Shown: piece after piece, positions 54,626 through 64,000 of the stretch
How positions within the stretch are numbered: the first letter of the stretch is position 1
How the letters are laid out: every line of letters starts with the position of its first letter
Assembly (NCBI GenBank): GCA_009859145.1
Contig: VRVR01000045.1
Span: 96,049 to 160,048, forward strand
DNA length: 64,000 bases
Direction of reading: 5' to 3'
Origin: Andalucia godoyi And28
Lineage: Eukaryota; Protista; Jakobida
Notes under the pieces: generated by a model
Seen by the model: the letters and a program-made list of their open reading frames with translations, nothing else
Database searches by the model: none
Told to the model about the DNA's origin: nothing
Program-made: the position numbers and the translations under genes

Positions 54626-56443
54626 GTGGATGAGATAATGTCGTCGTCGGTGTCTGTCGAGCCTTCCGAGAGGAATGACAAGGTGATATATGGGACGTTG
54701 TATGGCGCGACGGTGCGGACACACACGCCGGAGCACAAGACAGCACGGCTGTTCTCGACGCTGCATCGATTATCGCAGCAGAAGTTGGAGGTCTCGAAGA
54801 CCGCGCTTGAGAAGGAGACCGCGTGGGAGCGAGAAATTGCGAGACGGTCCTCGCTGCGAGATGTGCAGAACACACACAAGGCACTCGTCGCGCACAGGGT
54901 CTCGGAGGATATGGAGCGTCACCAGAAGAGAAAGGAACTGGAATTGGAGCTGGAGCTGGAGCTGGAGCGGCAGAAGGAGAGGGAGAGTGAGAGGGAGCGG
55001 CAGAGGGAGAGGGAGAGGGAGAAGGGACGTCGCCCGCGATCGCACAGCAGTCTCGCGCACTCTTCAGCGCCAAGTTGGAAGACGACAACTGGAGGTGCAG
55101 GGGGAGGTGGAGCAGCGACGTCCATATCGCTGGTGGGTGCTGGTGTGGCGAGTACAGCGTCGACAACAGCGACGACAACAGCGACGGTGGAAACGGATGG
55201 AAACGGTGGTGTGGATGGGGTCATGATGATGAAGACGGGTGATTCGGGGAATGGCGGTTCAGCGGGCCAGCTGCCGCAGGTGAAGGCTTCGGGAAGAGGC
55301 AGACGAGCGGTTGCGGAGAGCTCGCGAAGGATGGGTAAATCCGCGTGGGCAGAGGCGAGTGACAGTGAGAATGAGCTGCGGCTGCTGAAGTCGGTGCGAT
55401 GGAAAGCCAAGACAGAGATGATTGCGAGAATCCAGCAGGAACGAGTCTTGCAAAAGGCAAAGGCGATTGAGGTGGACAAGACGCAGCTAGTGGAAGGCAA
55501 GATCCAGTCGCTGCAGAAGAAACAGGAGGACTTTCGGAGGTCCAAGCATGCAGAAAACGAAGCAAAGGCCCAGAAGGCGGATAATGCCAAGCTGGAGGCA
55601 GTGCAGAAATCCATTCAGCACGCGCTTTCGATTGAGAAGACTGAGCAGGAGCAGTTTGATAAGATCGAAAAACGCAGATCCGAGATGATGAGCCAGCTTG
55701 CAGACAGAAGAAAAAGGAAGCATGAACTGGAGCTCGAGCACGAGAGAAAAAATGAGCAGATGAAGCGAGAAGAGGAGGAAGAGAGACTGAAGCGAGAAAG
55801 AGAACTGGAAGGAAAGGAGCTGCGACAGAGGGAGAGAGATGCACAGACGACGGCGCTCATGATGGAGAAGGACCGCGAGCGCCAGAATCGAGTCGAAACC
55901 AGGAGAAAGGAAATGGAGGACGAACGAGTCAGAAGGGAGCAGGAGCTGACACAGAAGATCGCAGAGTATGACAATCGCATGTACGACTTGCAGTGCAGGA
56001 GAGAGAAGCACAGACTGATGGTGGCGGATTTGATGGTGCAGGAGAGGAAGCTGCGAGACACGCTCCAGATGACTGCATTTCGATTGTCCGCACATGGCGT
56101 TTACGACCCAGAGAAGCTGGAGAAGAAGGTCCAGAGGGAGCTCTCGGCTTCTGCAACTGCATACACCAGCGGAAGTGCGAGTGCAACTGCAAGCGGGTCT
56201 TCGTCGCGCGATCGTTCTGGAATCGTTCGCGAAGTGAAGTGTGCACTGTGTTTGGTTCCGCATCCGGCAGACTGCATGTCCAACACGACAACGCAGAAGA
56301 ACATCCTTGATATTCGAAAGCGCTGGGGCGTTGCAAAGCAGTTCAACCAAAACAAGGGAATGCGTGCAGGGACCATGTACGACTCGGTGCACGTCTGTGT
56401 ATTTTGCTTTCAGTTTTTTGCCACGGACGACAGTGGAGACTGA
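54626..56443 (+). CDS. Long coiled-coil protein with a C-terminal CxxC...CxxC putative zinc-binding module
   Basis: E/R/K-rich helical body; CALC...VCVFCFQFF at the C-terminus. Confidence 0.75.
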   Translation: MDEIMSSSVSVEPSERNDKVIYGTLYGATVRTHTPEHKTARLFSTLHRLSQQKLEVSKTALEKETAWEREIARRSSLRDVQNTHKALVAHRVSEDMERHQKRKELELELELELERQKERESERERQREREREKGRRPRSHSSLAHSSAPSWKTTTGGAGGGGAATSISLVGAGVASTASTTATTTATVETDGNGGVDGVMMMKTGDSGNGGSAGQLPQVKASGRGRRAVAESSRRMGKSAWAEASDSENELRLLKSVRWKAKTEMIARIQQERVLQKAKAIEVDKTQLVEGKIQSLQKKQEDFRRSKHAENEAKAQKADNAKLEAVQKSIQHALSIEKTEQEQFDKIEKRRSEMMSQLADRRKRKHELELEHERKNEQMKREEEEERLKRERELEGKELRQRERDAQTTALMMEKDRERQNRVETRRKEMEDERVRREQELTQKIAEYDNRMYDLQCRREKHRLMVADLMVQERKLRDTLQMTAFRLSAHGVYDPEKLEKKVQRELSASATAYTSGSASATASGSSSRDRSGIVREVKCALCLVPHPADCMSNTTTQKNILDIRKRWGVAKQFNQNKGMRAGTMYDSVHVCVFCFQFFATDDSGD

Positions 56444-56683
56444 TCGCGATCCAAGCCCGCGTCCCCCTTACGCATGTTCTCTCCCCCCCCCGCTACCTGC
56501 TCACCCCATCCACTTTCTCCATCCTCCTCCGTTCTCATCATCATCGTCATCATAATTACCACTATCATTATTACGATTAATTTTTTTTAACTACTACAGC
56601 AAGTATTTGTTTCTTCTTTTTCTTCTTCTTCTCTTCGTAGACGGCAGTAAAAACAGAAAGGGGGGAAAAGGGATTCTTTTAAA

Positions 56684-59600
56684 TTATGAAATGGGATGCC
56701 GTTCAAGGATGGGACTCAATTCCCTTACGCGTTTCCACTGGTTCAAGATCATTGTACGGCGACGATCCCAGCCCGGCAGATGATCTCCGTCTGTTGGGGG
56801 CGCAGAAGACGAGCGCGAAGGGGACCACGACGGGTTTGATTGCACTTTCCGTTTTCGCAAAATCCGTTCAATATCCGGAGTTCCCGACGGGGGAGCCGAG
56901 GTTTCCAAGTCATCTCTCTCGGACTCCGCAATGAGTGCGGAGGCGAGCGGATACTGCCGTCGACGGGGAGTGGGGATGAAGACAACCTGGCCCGGGGACG
57001 GCGAGTTAAAAGCAATATCCTGGTCATTGGACACATACGGCTGCTTGTCATGCACATGTACAGTGATGGGCGGGATCTTTCTGAATTTCGAGTACACCGA
57101 TGTGGTATGCCGAGCATTTTGCATCATCAGTTTTGTCCGGTCACGCTGCGTGCGCCGAATGGTTTCCAATCTCTCTGATTCTTGGCGTTGCATGACAATC
57201 GACTCCTTCATTGTGATCACTGCTCGCTTGTGCCGCTCCTTTTCGCGTTCTCGCCGAACTGAGTTTTCGATGACACGTTCTCGGATTCCAGACTCGCCTT
57301 CCGGGCCCATTTCATGCGGTAGAAAGTGCTTTTCCATATGTCCTCCGAGCCCGTCGAACGTCGCAACATCAACTTCTTGCATTTTCTTCATGTCACCAAG
57401 CATCTGTGAGATCGATCCCACGTTCTTGAAACCTCGCGACAGCATCGCATCGGAATGAAGTGGACGATACGGATGCAAGACTTCGGATGAAAACCGAACC
57501 GCATCATCGATCCGTTTGTTCTTCATCGACAGCTCCGTCAGTTGCGTCACGATTTCATTGATGTCTCTCGTCTCAATTTCTGCCTTGACAAGATCTCCAA
57601 CACGCACGGCGTCATTCGCGAGTTCCACCTCATACGGAGAAAACGAAGAGTATGCTGTGACGCTCTCAACGAATGCATGTTCGTCGTCGACCCCGTCCCC
57701 GCCATGCGCCGCCCGTGCGCCGGCCATGGACGCAGCACTTCGTGAGCGGTGCAGCGCTCCACCGTCCTTTCCGGCACTAACTGCAGACCAAGTATGCACT
57801 GCGTGGGAAAACGGATTGGACAGCACAGACGCCTCGCTGAAACGCTGCTTGGCAGTGTTGTACATCTTGGACTCCAGACTCTCCGTCTCCTGCTTTTGCA
57901 CATTCTGCAAACGGGTGAATCGGTGAGGAAGGACGTCCAGCTTGTCAAGCCGCTCGATGGAGTTCATGCGGAGATGACTCATGATTTTCGATCTCTGCGC
58001 CTGGATCTGCATTCTCCATTCCCCCTCGCCGTCGTCGGAAACAGATCTCTGGGTTCCGGTGGAGGAGGCGGGGTCCGATCTCCTCAGCAGCAGCTCGTTA
58101 TGTACAGATTCAGGAGAAAAAGTAGCGTCCAAGGTAAGCCATCGATTGACGAGCGCCGGATTGTCCGGAGTAATGATTCGACGAAGGACAGTCGGGCTCA
58201 GTCGTCCAGGAGATAGCTTCCTAGGTTCCACCGGCACGCTGGTGGCCGGAATCGACGGAGGAACGGACGCATCATTCGACGAACGATCGCTTTGATCGCC
58301 GTCGTTTTCGTTGTTGAATGACGCAGAGAATGCACGCGGATTGGAGCGCTTGTCGGCCGAGCTATTTGACCGTCCGCGCGTTCGCTTGCGCGCATCAGAA
58401 CCAGCAACCGGAGAATGCGTCCCTGGAGCACCGACGGCGTCACTTGGGGAGAGTTGAGAGCCCTCTGCCGGGCTCGGAGCCACAGCCAGCTTTTTGCCGC
58501 CATGCATGAATCGAAGCACTGCTTTGAGCCGCTGGAGAACACGAGCCTTCTTCACAGTACAATCAAAGTCGAAAGTTAGATTCTGCGGACCATGCAACGA
58601 TCGTCCCCCGAAAACCAAGCATCTGGCACCAGGATGCAAGTTCATCATTGCACACCCGCCTTCCACGCATTCAATGGGTCTCTTTCGCTTACCGTCAGAG
58701 AGATTCGGAACAATCTTCACCGAGTGCGACGTGTCCGATCCAGTGACTACCATGGGCATTCGCGCATCTTGACTACCGGACAATCGATACCACCGCAGGT
58801 TGGAAATGTCGAATAGCCAAGCGTCAAGGTCCTCTGGATCATGCAGCCCTCCCCAGATCACCATGTGTGTCCCGTACTGTCCACAGACATGATTAGCACG
58901 AGGTGGTGGCACTAAATGCTGCTTCAGGTATACAGCATCCTTTTCAGACGGTGCAGAAAATTGATGGTCAATGCGCTCCCAGCCATAGCTCTTCAGCGAA
59001 TGCCGACCCGTGTGTTTGAACACCAGCGCATCCCAAACGACGTTCAGCACGTATACATGATGATTGAGACCGCCTTCTTCTGACAGTCCTCCGTACACAG
59101 CAATCTTGTCATGCACCTCGGTATCCAGCTTTTTGTCAGCACTGCGAACGACAATATCGGGCTTCTTGACCGCGGGCTGCACTTCGGTCAAGAATACATT
59201 ACTGGAACGAGGGGTGTTACTACTAGCAACGCTCGATGAGCTGTGAGGCTTGAGATGTTCCGGGTGCTCAGCATCCAGAAAGACAGCGGCAGTGTGCCCA
59301 CACAAGGAAAGCATCATCTGTGGATTCCACGACAACTGGTCGGTACAGTACTTGGTGTGCCAATCTGCGGAGATGTCGCTGGGCAGCAGTTCCTGCCACG
59401 TAATGTGGACGTTGTGGACGCTGAACGAAGCATTGTCAAACAACCTCCACTCCCAATCCGAGGGCTTGTAAGAAGACGCGTCGAGGACCCACAAATCGTC
59501 AGATGCTCCGTTTGTCGCCTTGACAAAGCCGCCGAACAAAAACACAAAACCACGAACCATGGTCATTGTGAAAGCAGCTCGCGGGAGCGGCATTGAACTG

Positions 59601-60127
59601 GATCGCGATTCCGACTGAACCATGAGTTGCTGCATGACGTTAGCCGATGATGTGTGTCGCGTGAGCTGTGGAGAAGCATGCGATTGTGGCGGTTTTGGGC
59701 CATCTGAATTGGTCCCAAGAACCAGCTTCGCCCACTTCCCAATCTTGATCCAGTAGACGTACATGTCATTGAGACACTCGCTGTGCGACGAGAACCCTCC
59801 GAACAAAAACAGAGCATGCAGATGGTCAACGTACACCAATCCTCCATGCGATCGAGGGCATGGCATCTGGCCGAAAGAAGCGGAGCTGTACGCACCGGGA
59901 GGGTCGCACACCACTCCACCAATGCCCGAGCGTGCCCATACGTGCGGATGTATTCGTTTCCAGCGATTCTGCGAAACCGAGTATTCATACAAGTCATTCC
60001 GAAGACCTATAGCATCGCTGCTCCAGCCACCAAACACCCACATGGTTCCTATTGCAGAACTGGAGCATGAGCACTGCCCAACCCGAGCAGACGGACTATC
60101 ACCCGCCGGATTCAGCAATCGAAACAT
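56684..60127 (-). CDS. Kelch-repeat protein with a long low-complexity/coiled-coil C-terminus
   Basis: ATG at 60127; repeated FLFGG/VFGG...ND(L/M)Y...W Kelch blades in the first ~530 aa. Confidence 0.85.
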   Translation of the reverse strand: MFRLLNPAGDSPSARVGQCSCSSSAIGTMWVFGGWSSDAIGLRNDLYEYSVSQNRWKRIHPHVWARSGIGGVVCDPPGAYSSASFGQMPCPRSHGGLVYVDHLHALFLFGGFSSHSECLNDMYVYWIKIGKWAKLVLGTNSDGPKPPQSHASPQLTRHTSSANVMQQLMVQSESRSSSMPLPRAAFTMTMVRGFVFLFGGFVKATNGASDDLWVLDASSYKPSDWEWRLFDNASFSVHNVHITWQELLPSDISADWHTKYCTDQLSWNPQMMLSLCGHTAAVFLDAEHPEHLKPHSSSSVASSNTPRSSNVFLTEVQPAVKKPDIVVRSADKKLDTEVHDKIAVYGGLSEEGGLNHHVYVLNVVWDALVFKHTGRHSLKSYGWERIDHQFSAPSEKDAVYLKQHLVPPPRANHVCGQYGTHMVIWGGLHDPEDLDAWLFDISNLRWYRLSGSQDARMPMVVTGSDTSHSVKIVPNLSDGKRKRPIECVEGGCAMMNLHPGARCLVFGGRSLHGPQNLTFDFDCTVKKARVLQRLKAVLRFMHGGKKLAVAPSPAEGSQLSPSDAVGAPGTHSPVAGSDARKRTRGRSNSSADKRSNPRAFSASFNNENDGDQSDRSSNDASVPPSIPATSVPVEPRKLSPGRLSPTVLRRIITPDNPALVNRWLTLDATFSPESVHNELLLRRSDPASSTGTQRSVSDDGEGEWRMQIQAQRSKIMSHLRMNSIERLDKLDVLPHRFTRLQNVQKQETESLESKMYNTAKQRFSEASVLSNPFSHAVHTWSAVSAGKDGGALHRSRSAASMAGARAAHGGDGVDDEHAFVESVTAYSSFSPYEVELANDAVRVGDLVKAEIETRDINEIVTQLTELSMKNKRIDDAVRFSSEVLHPYRPLHSDAMLSRGFKNVGSISQMLGDMKKMQEVDVATFDGLGGHMEKHFLPHEMGPEGESGIRERVIENSVRREREKERHKRAVITMKESIVMQRQESERLETIRRTQRDRTKLMMQNARHTTSVYSKFRKIPPITVHVHDKQPYVSNDQDIAFNSPSPGQVVFIPTPRRRQYPLASALIAESERDDLETSAPPSGTPDIERILRKRKVQSNPSWSPSRSSSAPPTDGDHLPGWDRRRTMILNQWKRVRELSPILERHPIS

Positions 60128-61769
60128 GCTCAACGATGCGACCGCTTACACGGAGGAGGGTAGGAGAAAGGAAAAATGCTATCAGACAACAAAACAGTGA
60201 GATTCGCCCCGCTCGCTCCAATGTAGCAACAAACGACCTCTAGCAAACGACGGATGACTGTCAATGATGCTGCAATTTGAATAATAATATTATTTTTGTT
60301 TTTGTTTTTGTTTTGAGGCTCTGACGAAGATCCAGGATGTGCACGTACGGACGTGCACGTATGCGTGTGTTTTTTTCAGCAAAGAAGGAATCAGCACGAA
60401 CGAACAAATGAAAACAAAAACGAAAAAATCATGGAAATAACAAAAAAAGGCAATCCGTTCTTGTCCGTGCTTTCCCCCTTGTGTGTCTTTGACGACGAAC
60501 AAACCAAACGTTTGAAACTTTTGGAACTGTGGAGAAACATTCTCGCGTCGCTCCCCGTCAAAAGAGCAGTTTGCTACGACGCCCAAGTTGTGTGATTTTT
60601 CTGACTGTCTTCAGTAACGAAGCACAAAAACCCGTGCCCCAAAACGCCCCCCAGGTTTTCCTGTACTTTATTATTTTCCCGGTGTTTTTCTATATATTCG
60701 GCATTTCGGAATCTCAGCGTGCGTTACGGTGACACGGCTGCATGCGCCTCACATTACGAATAAAAGAAGGGAGAAGGCGCGTTTGTAAACACTGCTTCAC
60801 ATCGCACGACACACCACATCTGCTCGATTTAGTTGATCTTCATGCAAGGGCACGGGGGTTCGAGGTCCGGCGCGTCTGGTTTCCCCGCGTGCTGGACGTC
60901 CGATGAGCTGTCTGCATTCCCAAGCACCGCACTGGACATTATGCGAGTCGTCAGGAGTCCTGCCGCCCCAGCTACTGCTACAAGAAGCAGCCTTCGTCTG
61001 GTCACGATTGCCATTTCTTTCAGTCCAACCAGTTTCTTTGCCGTTTCGCACGCGCACGGTATGTGATGTCCAAGATCCTTCAACAGGCACACACACAGGT
61101 AAGCAAATCCTGGAAGGTCACGCTTGAACGGAAGAAAAGCTATTTTTATATATTATAAACCACCTGCCATATCTGGCAGCAATAAAATGCCCGATAATTG
61201 CCCGCTATCTGCCCGACGCCCGCATTGGTCTTCGTGCGACTTTACGTGCCGTGGTTCGTCGGGAGTTGCACACTCATCGACTCCGTGTTCGTGCTGCACA
61301 CGGGGGCGGGAGGGGAACAGCTAGATCTGGAATCTGGCTGTGCTCATGGAGCTTGGAGGATCGTTGGGAGCGCTGCGACACGCTCTCTCTCTCACCACAC
61401 TCCTCCTCGTTTTTTTGCAGCAGGGAAGGACCAAAAAGACGGGGGGGGGAAAAACGGCGCCTGACAAGAGGTGATGGGATGGAGCGCATCACATCGGAGT
61501 CACTCTGCTGGCACATTGTCGGTTTGCACTCGGATTCGTCCGTGTTTTTTTTTTTTTGGGCCGTTTTTCCCCCCCTTCTCTGCTGTATATCCAGAACAGT
61601 GTCAGCCAACGCTGGGGACTGCTGGTTCTGGAAAGATGCTATTTCAGCACCATTCTTGCTTTCCTGGGGTCTTCTTCTTTCGGGGCGAATTGCCGAGTTC
61701 CGCATTCTTTGTCTGTTTTCCCTTGCTTCGCTTGAAACGAAGTGCAACAAACTGCTTCTTTGACCGAGG

Positions 61770-62609
61770 ATGACAGTCTTGTCGTTTTGGGATTTTGTGT
61801 CTTACAAGGACAAACCGCAATCGCCGCTTCCGGCGCCGTTCACAGGAAACCGCTCCAAAGACGCACTGATTCCGAAGCTGCTGCTTGATCGTGCAGAGCT
61901 GATCGGAAAAGCAAAGACACCGAGACTGTATCGCGGAAAAGAGCTGTCTCCGAGAACTTGGAGAGAGTCGGTTCCGGAAGCCGCTGTCGACCGTCCTCGA
62001 GGAAGCGTCACGGATCGCACAAACCGATCCTGCGCTCCTGTGGACGTCCACAATCCAAACGCCAACAGAATTCGAAAGGAGTTCTACTTTGACAAGGTGA
62101 CTAATCAGCATCTTCCGGAAGTCAAGGAACCGATGCTGCGCAGAACCGTGTTTCGGAAGGTTCCGGCGGTAGTCGTGCACCATCCCGCTACGACCTCGGA
62201 CGTTGGAGAGATGGGAAGAGAGCACTACGAGAGACTGCCGCCGGTTGCAACGAAGCCCTGCGGCGATCCAGTGGCGCTCGCCGTACCTGGTCCGCAGCCA
62301 CAGGTGTCGCTGTTGCCGTCACAGGTCCGATTCACCGAGCACAGTGCGTCCGCGCCTGCGGACCATCGAGAGATTGTGTATCGCAAAGCGTCCATCGTCC
62401 TTGCGTTGGATCGGTCTCGAAGCTTGCGATCGCTGATGCATCTGGTTGAGCGAGAAAACCAATCGTTTGACGAAGAAGGTCTGCTTCGAGAACAAGAACG
62501 AGCCGAGCGGTACCGTCGCGAGGACGTACGACGTCGTGAGCTGCATCGTCTTCAGGTTCGAACCTCTGGTTTCAGTCAGAAAACCAAAACAACAACCATG
62601 ATTCCGTGA
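61770..62609 (+). CDS. Hypothetical protein (279 aa)
   Basis: ATG-initiated ORF with protein-like composition; no family recognised. Confidence 0.65.
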   Translation: MTVLSFWDFVSYKDKPQSPLPAPFTGNRSKDALIPKLLLDRAELIGKAKTPRLYRGKELSPRTWRESVPEAAVDRPRGSVTDRTNRSCAPVDVHNPNANRIRKEFYFDKVTNQHLPEVKEPMLRRTVFRKVPAVVVHHPATTSDVGEMGREHYERLPPVATKPCGDPVALAVPGPQPQVSLLPSQVRFTEHSASAPADHREIVYRKASIVLALDRSRSLRSLMHLVERENQSFDEEGLLREQERAERYRREDVRRRELHRLQVRTSGFSQKTKTTTMIP

Positions 62610-62648
62610 CACCAGCGAGTACGATAAATATATATCTTTACAAAACTC

Positions 62649-63564
62649 TTACTGCGCACGGGATTTCTTGGCCTCTCGGATCTTCTTGAGGAGCCCCTTG
62701 GCAAGGAGATAGAACCAGTAGTGATTCAAGAGCCCGCCGACAGCAGTCCCGAGCCAGTACGCGAGCGCCACGCCGATGCCCAGTTCGTGGACGATTGCCG
62801 GTGTGTTGGAAGCCAAGTGGTAGACGATGAACGGGTACATAACGATGCGCACAACGAAAAACACGACGACCAGCGCGACTCCGTTTCCGAGATACAGCTG
62901 TGTCTTGTCCCTTCCAACGGTGTACAGCTGCCAGCGCAAGTTCACGAACGGCGTCGAGACCTCCGTGATAGTGAACACAAGGCCGTAGAACTGCGCCGCT
63001 TGAATGCCGAATGTGCAGAACGGAAACAACAGCCCTGCCGTTGCGTGGTGAATCAGCGTTGCCTTCACCGACGAAAACGCACTCAGATTCGTCGAAATCA
63101 CAAGGGCGTCCACCGCAAGATACGACGCAGTGATCATCAAGCACACGTCAGCAATTGCCGGCGGTTTGTGCGTGATCTGTCCCGATATCGAAGGCTCCGT
63201 AATCAGCGCATAGCACGACAGCAGCACAGACACGATCGCATGCACCGTCGACACTGCATACGCATTCCACTCGATTTGCTTCGGTTCTGTCAAGAATCAA
63301 CAGTGAACGTGGTTAGACAGTGCGTTACAAGTTCATACCGCAGCTCGAACAGGCAGGAGTCGCACGTATTGAACGAAAGACGGAGGAAGAGGAAGGGAAA
63401 GAGGAAGGGAAGGATTTTTTTTTTGGAGAGAGCGTGGAGCTGGGCTGGGACATACTGGAAAACTTGCGGTAGAATCCAAACGGTGCAAAGACAAGCTGCG
63501 AGAGATGCTGGCACGCATACCAGAACCCAAACGACACGATCCAAACAAGCAGCATCGGATGCAT
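62649..63564 (-). CDS. TLC-domain membrane protein (TMEM56/TLCD-like); exons 63564-63456 and 63286-62649
   Basis: Spliced product ...FYRKFS|KPKQIEWNAYAVSTVHAI...SYLAVD...LIHH...TEVSTPFVNLRW...FFVVRI...LNHYWF (248 aa). Confidence 0.88.
63287..63455 (-). other. Spliceosomal intron, 169 nt
   Basis: GTATGT...GTCTAAC...CAG; phase 1; restores the frame. Confidence 0.9.
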
Positions 63565-64000
63565 TGTGCCAACGAGTTGAGTACGACCACCAGGCAATCA
63601 GAGTCCAAATGAAAATGTAAATGCACGTACGAGAGGGGGGGGGGAGGTACTTGCGTAAAGAACAGCCACACAAAGGAATCATCCAAATCCAGTACTCTTC
63701 TTTCCTTCTTCTAAATACGTTTTCCCGAGCGTTACTGGGTTTTGCTGCATTCGTGCATCATCCCGACTACGGGAGAGTCGCAACGGTGCCTTCCGGTTGA
63801 GTCGGTTGAGTCTGTGAAGCGAATGAACAAACGGCCCAGGCTGACTGAAGAAAGAACAGCGTGTCCTTTGCTTGGGGCTTTTTTTCGGAAGGGTTGCTAT
63901 AGCGTGTGTGGAGGAGATACCGGTAAGTAGGATGAATGAGATTCGGCGGTTGTTGAAGCAAGTTGAGAGAGAGCATGGGCGCGACTGTGTGATTTCAGAT

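Overview
This is eukaryotic nuclear DNA from a compact, intron-poor microbial eukaryote. It has short intergenic spacers, many microsatellites, ciliary-type proteins and a nucleus-encoded mitoribosomal protein. A free-living flagellate such as a jakobid is my guess, not something the sequence proves. It uses the standard code, with TAA, TAG and TGA all ending recognisable genes. I find about 27 protein genes, one intron-containing tRNA-Ser(AGA), three reconstructable spliceosomal introns, and no CRISPR array or recognisable transposase. Main findings: (1) two low-complexity proteins 21 kb apart share an unrecognised basic/aromatic C-terminal domain, a candidate new DNA-binding family; (2) a kidney-type glutaminase is a complete head-to-tail double monomer whose second copy has lost the catalytic Ser and Lys; (3) an APC amino-acid permease is broken by 5-7 frameshifts, all modelled as +1 in short homopolymers, plus one TAG; (4) a 357-bp, about 99% identical inverted repeat brackets a 6.4-kb two-gene cassette; (5) a 72-aa ORF resembles the DASH/Dam1 subunit Hsk3; (6) a GPI-type surface protein is built of four V[ST]GC...C repeats; (7) an intergenic stretch may be a structured RNA. 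All family assignments come from motif recognition by eye; no searches were run.
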